Origin: an uncultured Dechloromonas sp.
Lineage (GTDB): Bacteria; Pseudomonadota; Gammaproteobacteria; Burkholderiales; Rhodocyclaceae
Direction: 5' to 3'
NCBI GenBank assembly: GCA_964459735.1
Contig: CAYWNX010000001.1
Location: 1-32,194, forward strand
DNA: 32,194 bases
A program made the translations under genes and the position numbers. Below, one piece after another: positions 1 through 9,310 of the stretch (the stretch's first letter is position 1; each line of letters begins with the position of its first letter). The notes below the pieces were generated by a model, which saw only the letters and a list, made by a program, of their open reading frames with translations, was not told the DNA's origin and ran no database searches.

Positions 1-338
1 TAATCCCAGTAATCGACCAGGGTTTCGCCCTTGACCGCGAAGACCGGGATGTTCTGTGCGGCGATGGCGGCAGCAGCATGATCCTGAGTCGAGAAAATAT
101 TGCACGAAGCCCAGCGAACTTCGGCACCGAGGGCGGTCAACGTCTCGATCAGCACGGCGGTCTGAATGGTCATGTGTAGCGAACCGGTTATGCGGGCGCC
201 CTTGAGCGGCTGGCTCTTGGCGAATTCATCACGAATCGCCATCAAGCCAGGCATTTCGGTTTCGGCAATGCGGATTTCCTTGCGACCCCAGTCGGCAAGG
301 TTGATGTCAGCGATAACGCAGTCTTTGAATTCAGCCAC
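1..338 (-). CDS. ahcY: Adenosylhomocysteinase (SAH hydrolase), 5' part; runs off the window
   Basis: Manual translation from GTG at 338 (AGGAG upstream): [33 protein letters not shown]...[42 protein letters not shown], containing the AhcY signature. Absent from the ORF track because the stop lies outside the window. Confidence 0.97.
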   Translation of the reverse strand, partial: MAEFKDCVIADINLADWGRKEIRIAETEMPGLMAIRDEFAKSQPLKGARITGSLHMTIQTAVLIETLTALGAEVRWASCNIFSTQDHAAAAIAAQNIPVFAVKGETLVDYWD

Positions 339-409
339 AGTAAGCTCCTGATGAACTGTGGCCGGGAGGGATGCTCACCCGGCATCCCGTGCCCGGCACG
401 GGGTTGATT

Positions 410-466
410 GGGTGAGCGCCGTTTAAACCGAGCCTGGGAGAGTTTTCCTGCAGCGCTCCTCGGTAG
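410..466 (-). promoter_or_regulatory. SAH riboswitch aptamer
   Basis: Minus strand reads CCGAGGAGCGCTGC-aggaaaactctcc-CAGGCTCGG-ttt-AAACGGCGCTCA. This matches the SAH riboswitch consensus (P1 CCGAG/CTCGG, pseudoknot GAGCGCT/GGCGCTC) and lies directly upstream of ahcY. Confidence 0.93.
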
Positions 467-473
467 GCTGAGG

Positions 474-479
474 ATTATA
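474..479 (-). promoter_or_regulatory. Probable sigma70 -10 element for ahcY
   Basis: Perfect TATAAT on the minus strand about 8 nt upstream of the SAH aptamer; no good -35 match. Confidence 0.55.
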
Positions 480-486
480 AACCGTT

Positions 487-1692
487 TTAAATTTTGTCGC
501 CTAGCCAGTAGCGGTCGATATCGTTTATTCCCCATTTGGCAGCATCCTCATGACCGGCAATTTTTTCGAGGCTGCGTGCCAGATCGATGGTTTCCGGCTT
601 GATATAGGCTAGTGATTTGCTCGAGAAAAAGACCCGGACTTTCGGTTTGAGCAAGGACTGTTCGCCCTGTTCAACCACTACCCCCAGTTTGCCGGATTCA
701 AGTCGAATGAAGGAGCCGATCGGGTAGATGCCAAGACTTTTGACAAATGCCTGGAATACGAAGGGATCAAAGTGCCCTTTCCATTCTGCCATCCGCTTGA
801 TCGATTCGGCAGGACACCAGCCTGCCTTGTAGGGACGGTTGGAGGTAATGGCGTCGTACACGTCGCAAACAGTACCCATCTTGGCGTAAAGGCTGATTGT
901 TTCACCGCTCAATCCCTTCGGGTAGCCGCTGCCATCAATTTTTTCGTGGTGATGCAAGCAGACATCTTTGGCCATTTCACTGATGCCAATGCCGCTTAAC
1001 AGTAGTTTGTAACCTGCTTCCGGATGAGTTTTAACCAGTGCAAATTCCTGGTCAGTTAATTTTCCCGGCTTGTTCAGTACCGTCAGCGGAACTGTCGCCT
1101 TGCCAAGATCGTGAAGCAGGCCGGCCATGCCTGCATCGCGTGTTTGCTGCTCATCGAGGCCGAGTTTGCGGGCAAGGGCAATCATCAGTGCGCATACCGC
1201 CACCGAGTGCATAAAGGTGTAGTCATCTGCCGTTTTCAGGCGAGCCAAGCTGATCAGTGCTCCCGGATTGCGCAATATGGAGTTGGAAATTTCTTCGACC
1301 AGTGGTTCTGCTGCTTCTGCCTCGATGGCCTTGCCCATGCGCGCCTCCTGAAACATTGAGAGGACGGCTTCCTTCCCTTTGGCACAGATTTTTGCGGCGC
1401 GTTTAACTTCCTCACCAAAGGAGGCTTTTTCCAGAAAAAGGGGTGAAGTCGGTGGTTCTTCTTTCGTCAATACAGTTACAGATTGAGTGGCCGCTTCTCC
1501 GGGGTCGAGATCTCGACCCTTGGCGACATCTATCCAAATTTCCCTGATTGGACTTTCAAGAATCCGCCTGATGTCGTTTGGATCAGTCAGGATAAAGCTG
1601 CTCCGCCAGAAGGGATGATCCAGCCACGCACCGCAGAAGGCTTGCAAGTGCATGCCGAGGCGGATTTGGGTGGAGGTAATTTTTTTGAGCAC
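487..1692 (-). CDS. HD-GYP c-di-GMP phosphodiesterase with DUF3391-like N-terminal domain
   Basis: 401-aa ORF with motifs YTFMHS, GLLHDLGK, HHHEKIDGSGYP and DVYDAITSNRPYK. GTG start without an obvious RBS. Confidence 0.9.
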   Translation of the reverse strand: MLKKITSTQIRLGMHLQAFCGAWLDHPFWRSSFILTDPNDIRRILESPIREIWIDVAKGRDLDPGEAATQSVTVLTKEEPPTSPLFLEKASFGEEVKRAAKICAKGKEAVLSMFQEARMGKAIEAEAAEPLVEEISNSILRNPGALISLARLKTADDYTFMHSVAVCALMIALARKLGLDEQQTRDAGMAGLLHDLGKATVPLTVLNKPGKLTDQEFALVKTHPEAGYKLLLSGIGISEMAKDVCLHHHEKIDGSGYPKGLSGETISLYAKMGTVCDVYDAITSNRPYKAGWCPAESIKRMAEWKGHFDPFVFQAFVKSLGIYPIGSFIRLESGKLGVVVEQGEQSLLKPKVRVFFSSKSLAYIKPETIDLARSLEKIAGHEDAAKWGINDIDRYWLGDKI

Positions 1693-1709
1693 ATTTGTTA
1701 AATTTAACG

Positions 1710-1738
1710 AAAAAGGGAGTCGAAGCGACTCCCTTTTT
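1710..1738. terminator. Bidirectional intrinsic terminator downstream of metK
   Basis: AAAAAGGGAGTCG-AAG-CGACTCCCTTTTT: perfect inverted repeat with A/T tails on both sides. Confidence 0.88.
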
Positions 1739-1757
1739 GGGCCTGGTCTGAAACCGC

Positions 1758-2921
<1,164 letters not shown>

Positions 2922-2976
2922 TGCAACTCCATTCGGTCCTTGATCCGGCGTTACCGGCTTCGGACCACGAGCGGGC

Positions 2977-3033
2977 GACGCTTTAGCAGCATTTATGAAT
3001 CGCCCCGCAAGTTGTCTGTTTAACTCGGCGATT
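2977..3033 (-). promoter_or_regulatory. SAM-II-like riboswitch aptamer in metK leader
   Basis: Minus strand AATCGCC-GAGTTAAACAGACAACTTGCGG-GGCGATT-CATAAATGCTGCTAAAGCGTC. P1 is a 7-bp stem, followed by the ATAAA..GCTAAA tail. UUGC can pair with GC(U)AA and GAC with GUC, as in SAM-II pseudoknots. Confidence 0.72.
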
Positions 3034-3040
3034 GCATAAT
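3012..3040 (+). promoter_or_regulatory. Putative sigma70 promoter for the lipid A acyltransferase operon
   Basis: TTGTCT (3012-3017), 17 nt, CATAAT (3035-3040). Confidence 0.45.
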
Positions 3041-3066
3041 ATTAATCTTTTCGTGGCGGCTTTCAA
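3039..3066 (-). promoter_or_regulatory. Putative sigma70 promoter for metK
   Basis: TTGAAA (3066-3061), 16 nt, TAATAT (3044-3039). Predicted start falls at the 5' end of riboswitch P1. Confidence 0.55.
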
Positions 3067-3079
3067 CCCCCGGGGTTAC

Positions 3080-3922
3080 ATGGTTTTTATTTTCAGAGTG
3101 TTAAGCCGCCTGCCCTTGGGCCTCGTGCACCTGCTGGGCGGCTGGCTCGGCCGCCTGACTTATCTACTTTCACCGACCTATCGACGTCATGTGCGGGAAA
3201 ACATGGCGCAAGCCGGCCTCGATTCTTCTCTCTACAGCGCGGCGGCCGCCGAGTCGGGCAAGCAGATGCTGGAGTTGGCGCGCATCTGGTTACGGACCTT
3301 GGAAGAGGCTAATGCCCAGGTGGTCGAGGTGTGTGGCCGGGAATATGTCGAGGCGGCGCAACTGGCTGGCAAGGGCGTCGTTTACCTGACGCCGCATTTG
3401 GGATGTTTTGAGATTACGGCGCAATATCTGTCGACTTTTGGCGATATCACCGTGCTTTATCGGCCGCCGCGCCAGGCCTGGATTCAAAATATGATTCTCG
3501 GCGGTCGCCAGCGCGAAAAGCTGCACCTTGCTCCGGCCGATCTGACGGGGGTGCGTTCGCTGATCAAGGCGTTGAAGAAAGGCCAGGCAGTCGGCATGTT
3601 GCCGGATCAGGCGCCGAAGGTTGGCGAAGGCGTTTGGCTGAGTTTTTTTGGCAAACCGGCCTATACGATGACGCTGGCGGCGCGCCTGACTGAAACAGGG
3701 GCGACGACACTGATGGCTTGGGGCGAACGTTTGCCGAACGGGCGCGGCTATCGCCTGCATTTTCACCCGCCGCGGCAAGCGCTGAGCGGTACTACGGTCG
3801 ACCGGGCCCAGCAGATCAATTTAGAGGTTGAAGCTTTGGTGCGTGAATGTCCGACGCAGTATCTCTGGGGTTATAACCGCTACAAACAACCAAGTGGCGC
3901 TGAAGCGCCACCGGTGGGGTGA
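3080..3922 (+). CDS. Lipid A late acyltransferase (LpxL/HtrB family), copy 1
   Basis: TPHLGCFE catalytic H-x4-E motif, LPDQAP, FFGKPA and QYLWGYNRYK. ATG at 3080 preferred over the 3032 ORF start, which overlaps the riboswitch and promoters. Confidence 0.88.
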   Translation: MVFIFRVLSRLPLGLVHLLGGWLGRLTYLLSPTYRRHVRENMAQAGLDSSLYSAAAAESGKQMLELARIWLRTLEEANAQVVEVCGREYVEAAQLAGKGVVYLTPHLGCFEITAQYLSTFGDITVLYRPPRQAWIQNMILGGRQREKLHLAPADLTGVRSLIKALKKGQAVGMLPDQAPKVGEGVWLSFFGKPAYTMTLAARLTETGATTLMAWGERLPNGRGYRLHFHPPRQALSGTTVDRAQQINLEVEALVRECPTQYLWGYNRYKQPSGAEAPPVG

Positions 3923-4803
3923 TTTTCTTGAAGCTGGTTTTTACTTACATTCTGGTTGGCTTTCTCTGGTTGTTGCACTGGTTGCCGCTGCCGGTATTGA
4001 GAGCCTTGGGTAGCTTGCTCGGTCGTTTGCTTTATGCCTTTGGTCGCGAGCGGCGCAAGGTGGCATTGATCAACTTGCGTCTTTGTTTCCCGGAAAAGTC
4101 GGAAGCGGAGCGCGAGGACTTGGCGCGCCGACATTTTATTGCCTTCAGTCGGGCCGTGCTGGACCGGACTCTTGGCTGGTGGGCTTCGAGGGAACGGCTG
4201 GAGCGCATCGTCCGGATTCATGGCGTCGAGCATCTCAATGATCCCGATGGCAAGCCGGTCATCATCCTTTCGCCGCATTTTGTCGGACTGGATGCAGGTG
4301 CGACGCGGATCTCGATGTTTGTTCGGGGTTGCAGCGTTTATTCAAACCAGAAAAATCCGGTTTTCAACAAGCTGCTTTATGATGGACGGATTCGCTTTAC
4401 CGAAGCTGTGCTGCTTTCCCGGCAGGATGGAATGCGCAAGATCATCAAGGCAATGAAGGACGGCTTCAAGTTTTACTATCTGCCGGACATGGATTTTGGT
4501 CCCAAGGAATCGATATTCGTACCGTTTTTCGGTGTGCCGGCCGCGACCATTCCCGGGGTTTCCCGGCTGGCGCGCCTAACCGGGGCCAGGGTGGTCGCCA
4601 GTATCACCCGTCAGGTTCCGGATGGCTACGAAGTAGAGGTGACGCCAGCCTGGGAGAACTTCCCGGGGGAGAGTGTCGAAGCTGATACGGAGTTTGTTAA
4701 TCAGTTTATCGAGAGCCAGGTGCTGCTTATGCCGGAGCAGTATTTTTGGTTGCACAAGCGTTTCAAGACCCGGCCACCCGGAGAAAAAAGGTACTACAAA
4801 TGA
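3919..4803 (+). CDS. Lipid A lauroyl/myristoyl acyltransferase (LpxL/LpxM family), copy 2
   Basis: SPHFVGLD H-x4-D motif, LPDMDFG, VPFFG and PEQYFWLHKRFKTRP. GTGA overlap with the upstream gene. Confidence 0.9.
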   Translation: MIFLKLVFTYILVGFLWLLHWLPLPVLRALGSLLGRLLYAFGRERRKVALINLRLCFPEKSEAEREDLARRHFIAFSRAVLDRTLGWWASRERLERIVRIHGVEHLNDPDGKPVIILSPHFVGLDAGATRISMFVRGCSVYSNQKNPVFNKLLYDGRIRFTEAVLLSRQDGMRKIIKAMKDGFKFYYLPDMDFGPKESIFVPFFGVPAATIPGVSRLARLTGARVVASITRQVPDGYEVEVTPAWENFPGESVEADTEFVNQFIESQVLLMPEQYFWLHKRFKTRPPGEKRYYK

Positions 4804-5303
4804 ACAGCCTGAATATCGCCATCCGCCGTGTAACCCCGCCCGATGTGCCCGCCATCTCGGCGCTGGCCCGCGAAATCTGGCAGGCCACCTATCCGGGTAT
4901 CATCACGCAGGAACAAATCGACTTCATGCTCGAGCAGCGTTACGGCCACGAGCGGCTCTACGATGATCTGGAGGACGCCGACAAGTGGCTGGATCAGGCC
5001 TTTCAGGGTGAGCGCCGGGTCGGTTTCGCCTTCAGCGAAATCTACAAGGGCGAGTTCAAGCTGGACAAGCTCTACATTCATCCGGACGTGCAGCGCAAGG
5101 GCGTCGGTGGCCAGTTGATCGAGCATGTTGCGGCGCGGGCGAAGAAACTGGGCTATCCCTGCGTCATTCTGGCGGTGAACAAGCGCAACGAGAAGGCGAT
5201 TGCTTCCTACAAGAAATATGGCTTTGTGGTCCGCGAGGCAATCGTCGATGACATCGGTCACGGTTTTGTCATGGACGATTTCGTGATGGAGAAGGTGCTT
5301 TAA
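4800..5303 (+). CDS. GNAT family N-acetyltransferase
   Basis: LYIHPDVQRKGVGGQL (acetyl-CoA motif A) and VNKRNEKAIASYKKYGF (motif B). ATGA overlap at 4800-4803. Confidence 0.9.
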   Translation: MNSLNIAIRRVTPPDVPAISALAREIWQATYPGIITQEQIDFMLEQRYGHERLYDDLEDADKWLDQAFQGERRVGFAFSEIYKGEFKLDKLYIHPDVQRKGVGGQLIEHVAARAKKLGYPCVILAVNKRNEKAIASYKKYGFVVREAIVDDIGHGFVMDDFVMEKVL

Positions 5304-5307
5304 GATT

Positions 5308-5336
5308 TTGAGGCAAGCAACTGTCTCTGCTATTCT
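5308..5336 (+). promoter_or_regulatory. Putative sigma70 promoter for dapF operon
   Basis: TTGAGG, 17 nt, TATTCT with TGn extended -10. Confidence 0.5.
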
Positions 5337-5362
5337 TTTTTAATTAACCAGCGGAGCAGCTT

Positions 5363-6193
5363 GTGAAGCTCAAATTTTCCAAAATGCATGGTCTGGGCAA
5401 CGATTTCGTTGTTCTCGACGGCATTCGTCAGCAGGTTTCCCTGACTCCGGCCCAGCTGCGCTTTCTGGCTGACCGGAATTTCGGCATCGGTTGTGACCAG
5501 ATTTTGCTGGTCGAAAAACCGAGCCAGCCGGGGGTCGATTTTCGTTATCGCATCTTCAATGCCGATGGCAGCGAGGTTGAACAGTGCGGTAATGGGGCAC
5601 GCTGTTTCGTCCGCTTTGTGCATGATGTCGGGCTGACCGACAAGCGCGAGATTCGTGTCGAGACACAGACCGGCATTATCGGCCCGCGCCTGGAAGAAGA
5701 CGGCAATGTTACGGTCGACATGGGAATTCCCCGATTTTTGCCGAATGAAATCCCCTTTCTGCACGACGATGATGTGGTGATTTACTCGCTTGATGTGGCT
5801 GATGAAACGCTGGAAATCAGCGTCGTTTCAATGGGCAATCCGCATGCCGTACAGGTGGTCGATTCGGTTGATCGGGCGCCGGTCGCCGAGCATGGGCCGC
5901 TGATTGAAAATCACCAGCGTTTCCCGCAGCGGGTCAATGCCGGTTTCATGCAGATTGTCGATCGCCACTCAATCAAATTACGCGTTTATGAACGCGGTTC
6001 AGGCGAAACGCTGGCCTGCGGGACGGGGGCTTGTGCGGCCGTTGTCACCGGTATTCGGCGTGGTCTGCTTGATTCCCCGGTGCGCGTTACGACGCGGGGC
6101 GGTGATTTGACCATTGCCTGGGGCGGCTCCGGTCAGCCTGTTTTGATGACCGGCCCTGCGGTGACGGTCTTCTCTGGAGAAATTGAATTATGA
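5363..6193 (+). CDS. dapF: Diaminopimelate epimerase
   Basis: [28 protein letters not shown] and [13 protein letters not shown]; both catalytic Cys present. Confidence 0.98.
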   Translation: MKLKFSKMHGLGNDFVVLDGIRQQVSLTPAQLRFLADRNFGIGCDQILLVEKPSQPGVDFRYRIFNADGSEVEQCGNGARCFVRFVHDVGLTDKREIRVETQTGIIGPRLEEDGNVTVDMGIPRFLPNEIPFLHDDDVVIYSLDVADETLEISVVSMGNPHAVQVVDSVDRAPVAEHGPLIENHQRFPQRVNAGFMQIVDRHSIKLRVYERGSGETLACGTGACAAVVTGIRRGLLDSPVRVTTRGGDLTIAWGGSGQPVLMTGPAVTVFSGEIEL

Positions 6194-6861
6194 GTGCCCT
6201 GTTCCCCGAAGATGTCGCGGACTATCTGAAGAACAACCCCGGTTTTTTTGAACAATACGCCGACCTGATGGCGCAGATTTTCCTGCCGCATCCGCATGGC
6301 GGCCGTGCCGTTTCGCTGGCCGAGCGCCAGATGCTGACGCTGCGCGACAAAAACCGGCAGGCTGAAAGCAAACTGGCCGAACTGACTGCTTTTGGCGAGG
6401 AGAACGATGCGATCAGCGAAAAAGTGCATCGTCTAGCGGTCGGTCTGGTGGCCGCCGAGACTTTCCAGGCGGTCATTCATCTGCTGAACTTCCACCTGCG
6501 CGACGATTTTCTCGTGCCGCATGTAGCGCTTCGTCTGTGGCACAAGCCGGATGGCGTCGATGGGCTGCCCGAGTTTGCCGCCGTCAGTGAAGAGTTGCAG
6601 GTCTTTGCCGAAACGCTGGCTCGGCCGTATTGCGGTTCCACCGCCGGCTTCGGTACGGCTTCGTGGTTCGGGGAAAGCGCCAATCACATCCGTTCGCAGG
6701 CTTTGATCGCCTTGCGCAACGGGGGCGGCACGATCGGCATGATCGCTCTCGGCAGCGAAGAAGCGCAGCGCTTTTACGCCAATATGGGCACCCTTTATCT
6801 CGAGCGACTCGGCGAAATGGTTTCCGCTGCGCTCGCCAGGGTGACCAAGAGCGTGCTGTGA
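6190..6861 (+). CDS. DUF484 (YigA-like) protein
   Basis: [27 protein letters not shown] and [11 protein letters not shown]; canonical position between dapF and xerC. Confidence 0.88.
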   Translation: MSALFPEDVADYLKNNPGFFEQYADLMAQIFLPHPHGGRAVSLAERQMLTLRDKNRQAESKLAELTAFGEENDAISEKVHRLAVGLVAAETFQAVIHLLNFHLRDDFLVPHVALRLWHKPDGVDGLPEFAAVSEELQVFAETLARPYCGSTAGFGTASWFGESANHIRSQALIALRNGGGTIGMIALGSEEAQRFYANMGTLYLERLGEMVSAALARVTKSVL

Positions 6862-6868
6862 GTCTGCT

Positions 6869-7765
6869 GTGAACCAAGCGGCTACGGCCGTCGCTGCCTA
6901 TCTGGCCGAACTGGCCGAGCAACGGCGGCTGTCGCCGCATACCGTCAGCAATTACCGGCGCGATCTGGCGCGCTTGTTGAATCTGGCCGGGGAAACTTCA
7001 CTGGCCGAGTTGCAGGTTCATCACATTCGCCGCTTTGCCGCGCAACTGCACGGCCAGGGGCTTTCCGGACGTTCGCTCGCCCGCCTGCTCTCCGCCTGGC
7101 GTGGTTTCTTCAACTGGCTGGGTCGTGGTGACGCTGTGCGCGCCAACCCGTGCGAAGGCGTTCGCTCGCCGAAATCGCCCAAACATCTGCCGAATGCCCT
7201 CTCGGTCGATGAGGCGGCGCGCTTGCTGCAGCCTGCCGATGACGGCGACCCGGTGCTGCTGGCACGGGATACGGCGATGTTCGAGCTTTTCTATTCCTCC
7301 GGGCTACGCCTGGCCGAGTTGGCGGCGCTCGATTGCGCCGCGCTTGATGCCGCCATCAATGAAGGTGAAGTTCGCGTTCTCGGCAAGCGCAACAAGGCTC
7401 GGCTGGTGCCGGTTGGCCGCAAGGCACGGGAAGCGCTGGCGGCCTGGGCGGCGCTACGTGAGACGCTGGCCGGGGCGGAAGAGCCGGCGCTTTTTGTCAG
7501 CCGGCGCGGCGGACGGATCAGCCATCGGATGATTCAGTTGCGCCTGGCGCAACTCGCCTTGCAACTCGGCTTGCCGCGCCACGTGCACCCGCACATGCTG
7601 CGCCACTCCTTCGCCTCGCATGTCTTGCAATCGTCTGGCGACCTGCGCGCGGTGCAGGAAATGCTTGGCCACGCCAGTATTGCCTCGACGCAGGTCTACA
7701 CGCATCTCGATTTCCAGCATCTGGCCAAAGTCTACGACTCGACGCATCCAAGGGCCAAACGTTAG
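6869..7765 (+). CDS. xerC: Tyrosine recombinase XerC
   Basis: SSGLRLAEL, LGKRNKAR and HPHMLRHSFASHVLQSSGDLRAVQEMLGH...TQVYTH; dapF-DUF484-xerC synteny. Confidence 0.95.
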   Translation: MNQAATAVAAYLAELAEQRRLSPHTVSNYRRDLARLLNLAGETSLAELQVHHIRRFAAQLHGQGLSGRSLARLLSAWRGFFNWLGRGDAVRANPCEGVRSPKSPKHLPNALSVDEAARLLQPADDGDPVLLARDTAMFELFYSSGLRLAELAALDCAALDAAINEGEVRVLGKRNKARLVPVGRKAREALAAWAALRETLAGAEEPALFVSRRGGRISHRMIQLRLAQLALQLGLPRHVHPHMLRHSFASHVLQSSGDLRAVQEMLGHASIASTQVYTHLDFQHLAKVYDSTHPRAKR

Positions 7766-7813
7766 GCAATTGTTACGGTCAACCGCTAAAAACGCCTGAA
7801 AATCAAGCTTTAA

Positions 7814-7842
7814 TTGACCTTTTCTCTACCACCCTCTATGAT
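7814..7842 (+). promoter_or_regulatory. Sigma70 promoter for the small basic protein
   Basis: TTGACC (7814-7819), exactly 17 nt, TATGAT (7837-7842); both hexamers 5/6 consensus. Confidence 0.75.
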
Positions 7843-7881
7843 TGATGGTTCTGAAAATTAGCCGGATTCAAGGAGTTAGTC

Positions 7882-8034
7882 ATGGCAATTACCCGCACCC
7901 GCCGTTCTTCCCTGGAGCGCCGTTGCGTCTCCAAGTCCACCAAGCGCCTGTTCAAGGGCACCGGCAAGACCATGTTCAAGGTCGTTTACGCCGCTGAATG
8001 CCATTCCCGGAATCGCAAGGCCCTGGGCGCTTAA
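7882..8034 (+). CDS. Small basic hypothetical protein (50 aa), not in ORF track
   Basis: AAGGAG RBS 6 nt before ATG; MAITRTRRSSLERRCVSKSTKRLFKGTGKTMFKVVYAAECHSRNRKALGA*; strong C/G third-position bias; flanked by a promoter and a terminator. Confidence 0.78.
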   Translation: MAITRTRRSSLERRCVSKSTKRLFKGTGKTMFKVVYAAECHSRNRKALGA

Positions 8035-8053
8035 GTTTGTTCAAGCATGTTGG

Positions 8054-8091
8054 GCCCCGGTTACTGCAAGGTAACCGGGGCTTCTTTCATT
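8054..8091 (+). terminator. Intrinsic terminator
   Basis: GCCCCGGTTAC-TGCAAG-GTAACCGGGGC (11-bp stem, GCAA tetraloop) followed by TTCTTTCATT. Confidence 0.85.
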
Positions 8092-8107
8092 TGAGGTCGA
8101 GAAAAAT

Positions 8108-9301
8108 ATGGCTCAGCTGATTCTCATGCCGGGTAAGGAACGTTCCGCGTTCAAGCAGCATCACCCGTGGTTGTTTGCCGGTTCGGTCGGGCGGCTGGAA
8201 GGCCGGGCACGGCCGGGCGATACGGTGGATGTGCTGGCCGATAATCTGCGCCCGCTGGGCAAGGCAGCGTACAGCCCGAAGTCGCAGATCCGTGCCCGTT
8301 TCTGGACCTTCGACCCGGAAGAATCAGTCGATGATGCTTTTTTCAAACGCCGCATCGCGACTGCCGTGGCGCGCCGCCAGGCGCTGCCCGAGTTGCGCGG
8401 CCAGCAGGGCTTGCGCCTGATTCATGCCGAATCGGATGGCTTGCCCGGCGTCATTGCCGACCAGTACGCCGATACGATCGTGGTTCAACTGACCTCGGCC
8501 GGCGCCGATAAATGGCGCAATGCGATTGTGGCCGGGCTGGTCAAGGCAACCGGCTGCGCTCGGATTTACGAGCGTTCCGACTCCGATGTGCGTGGTCTGG
8601 AAGGCCTGGAGCCGACGACGGGCTGGATCTATGGTGAAGCTCCGACTGCGCCGTTGGCGATTGACGAAAACGGCATCAAGCTGGCGGTCGACATCGCCGG
8701 CGGCCATAAAACCGGTTTTTACCTCGACCAGCGCGACAACCGCGCCTTGCTCGGCCAATTGTCGGCCGGCAAGGATGCCCTGAACTGTTTCTGCTACACC
8801 GGCGGTTTTTCCCTGCAGGCGCTGGCTGGCGGCGCGGCGAGCGTGCTGTCGATTGACTCTTCTGGTCCGGCGCTGGCGCAGGCGCAGGCCAATCTGGCGC
8901 TCAATCCGCAACTGCCGGCTGAGCGTGCCGAGTGGCGGGAAGCAGATGTGTTCCAGGCGCTGCGCGATTTCCGCAAGGAAGGGCGTTTGTTTGATCTGAT
9001 CGTGCTTGATCCCCCCAAGTTTGCACCGTCAGCGGCGCATGCCGAACGGGCGGCAGGGGCCTACAAGGACATCAATGTGCTCGGTTGTCGCTTGCTCAAA
9101 CCGGGCGGCTTGCTGATGACCTATTCCTGTTCCGGCGGTATCGGGCTGGAGTTGTTCCAGAAGATCGTCGCGGGGGCCGCCGTCGATTCCGGCCGTGAGG
9201 CACGCATCGTCAGGCGTCTGGCTGGTTCGGCCGATCATCCGGTAGCCTTGAACTTCCCGGAAGGCGAATATCTCAAAGGCTTGCTCGTTCAGGTCGATTA
9301 A
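8108..9301 (+). CDS. rlmI: 23S rRNA m5C1962 methyltransferase RlmI family
   Basis: PUA-like N-terminus HHPWLFAG, ESDGLPG, GHKTGFYLDQRDNR, FCYTGGF, LDPPKF, TYSCSG and PEGEYLKG. Confidence 0.9.
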   Translation: MAQLILMPGKERSAFKQHHPWLFAGSVGRLEGRARPGDTVDVLADNLRPLGKAAYSPKSQIRARFWTFDPEESVDDAFFKRRIATAVARRQALPELRGQQGLRLIHAESDGLPGVIADQYADTIVVQLTSAGADKWRNAIVAGLVKATGCARIYERSDSDVRGLEGLEPTTGWIYGEAPTAPLAIDENGIKLAVDIAGGHKTGFYLDQRDNRALLGQLSAGKDALNCFCYTGGFSLQALAGGAASVLSIDSSGPALAQAQANLALNPQLPAERAEWREADVFQALRDFRKEGRLFDLIVLDPPKFAPSAAHAERAAGAYKDINVLGCRLLKPGGLLMTYSCSGGIGLELFQKIVAGAAVDSGREARIVRRLAGSADHPVALNFPEGEYLKGLLVQVD

Positions 9302-9310
9302 ACTCAAGCC

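Noticed and set aside
242-602. ORFs 242-535 (-) and 408-602 (+)
   Set aside because: Overlap ahcY, the SAH riboswitch and the HD-GYP end; no coding features.
6869-7765. Tyrosine recombinase as a phage/island integrase
   Set aside because: Motifs and dapF-DUF484 context identify housekeeping XerC; no att repeats, tRNA or mobile cargo seen.
7766-7785. AATTGTTACGGTCAAC as a Zur box
   Set aside because: Only one partial half-site matches with the wrong spacing, and it is separated from the metal operon by a terminator and rlmI.
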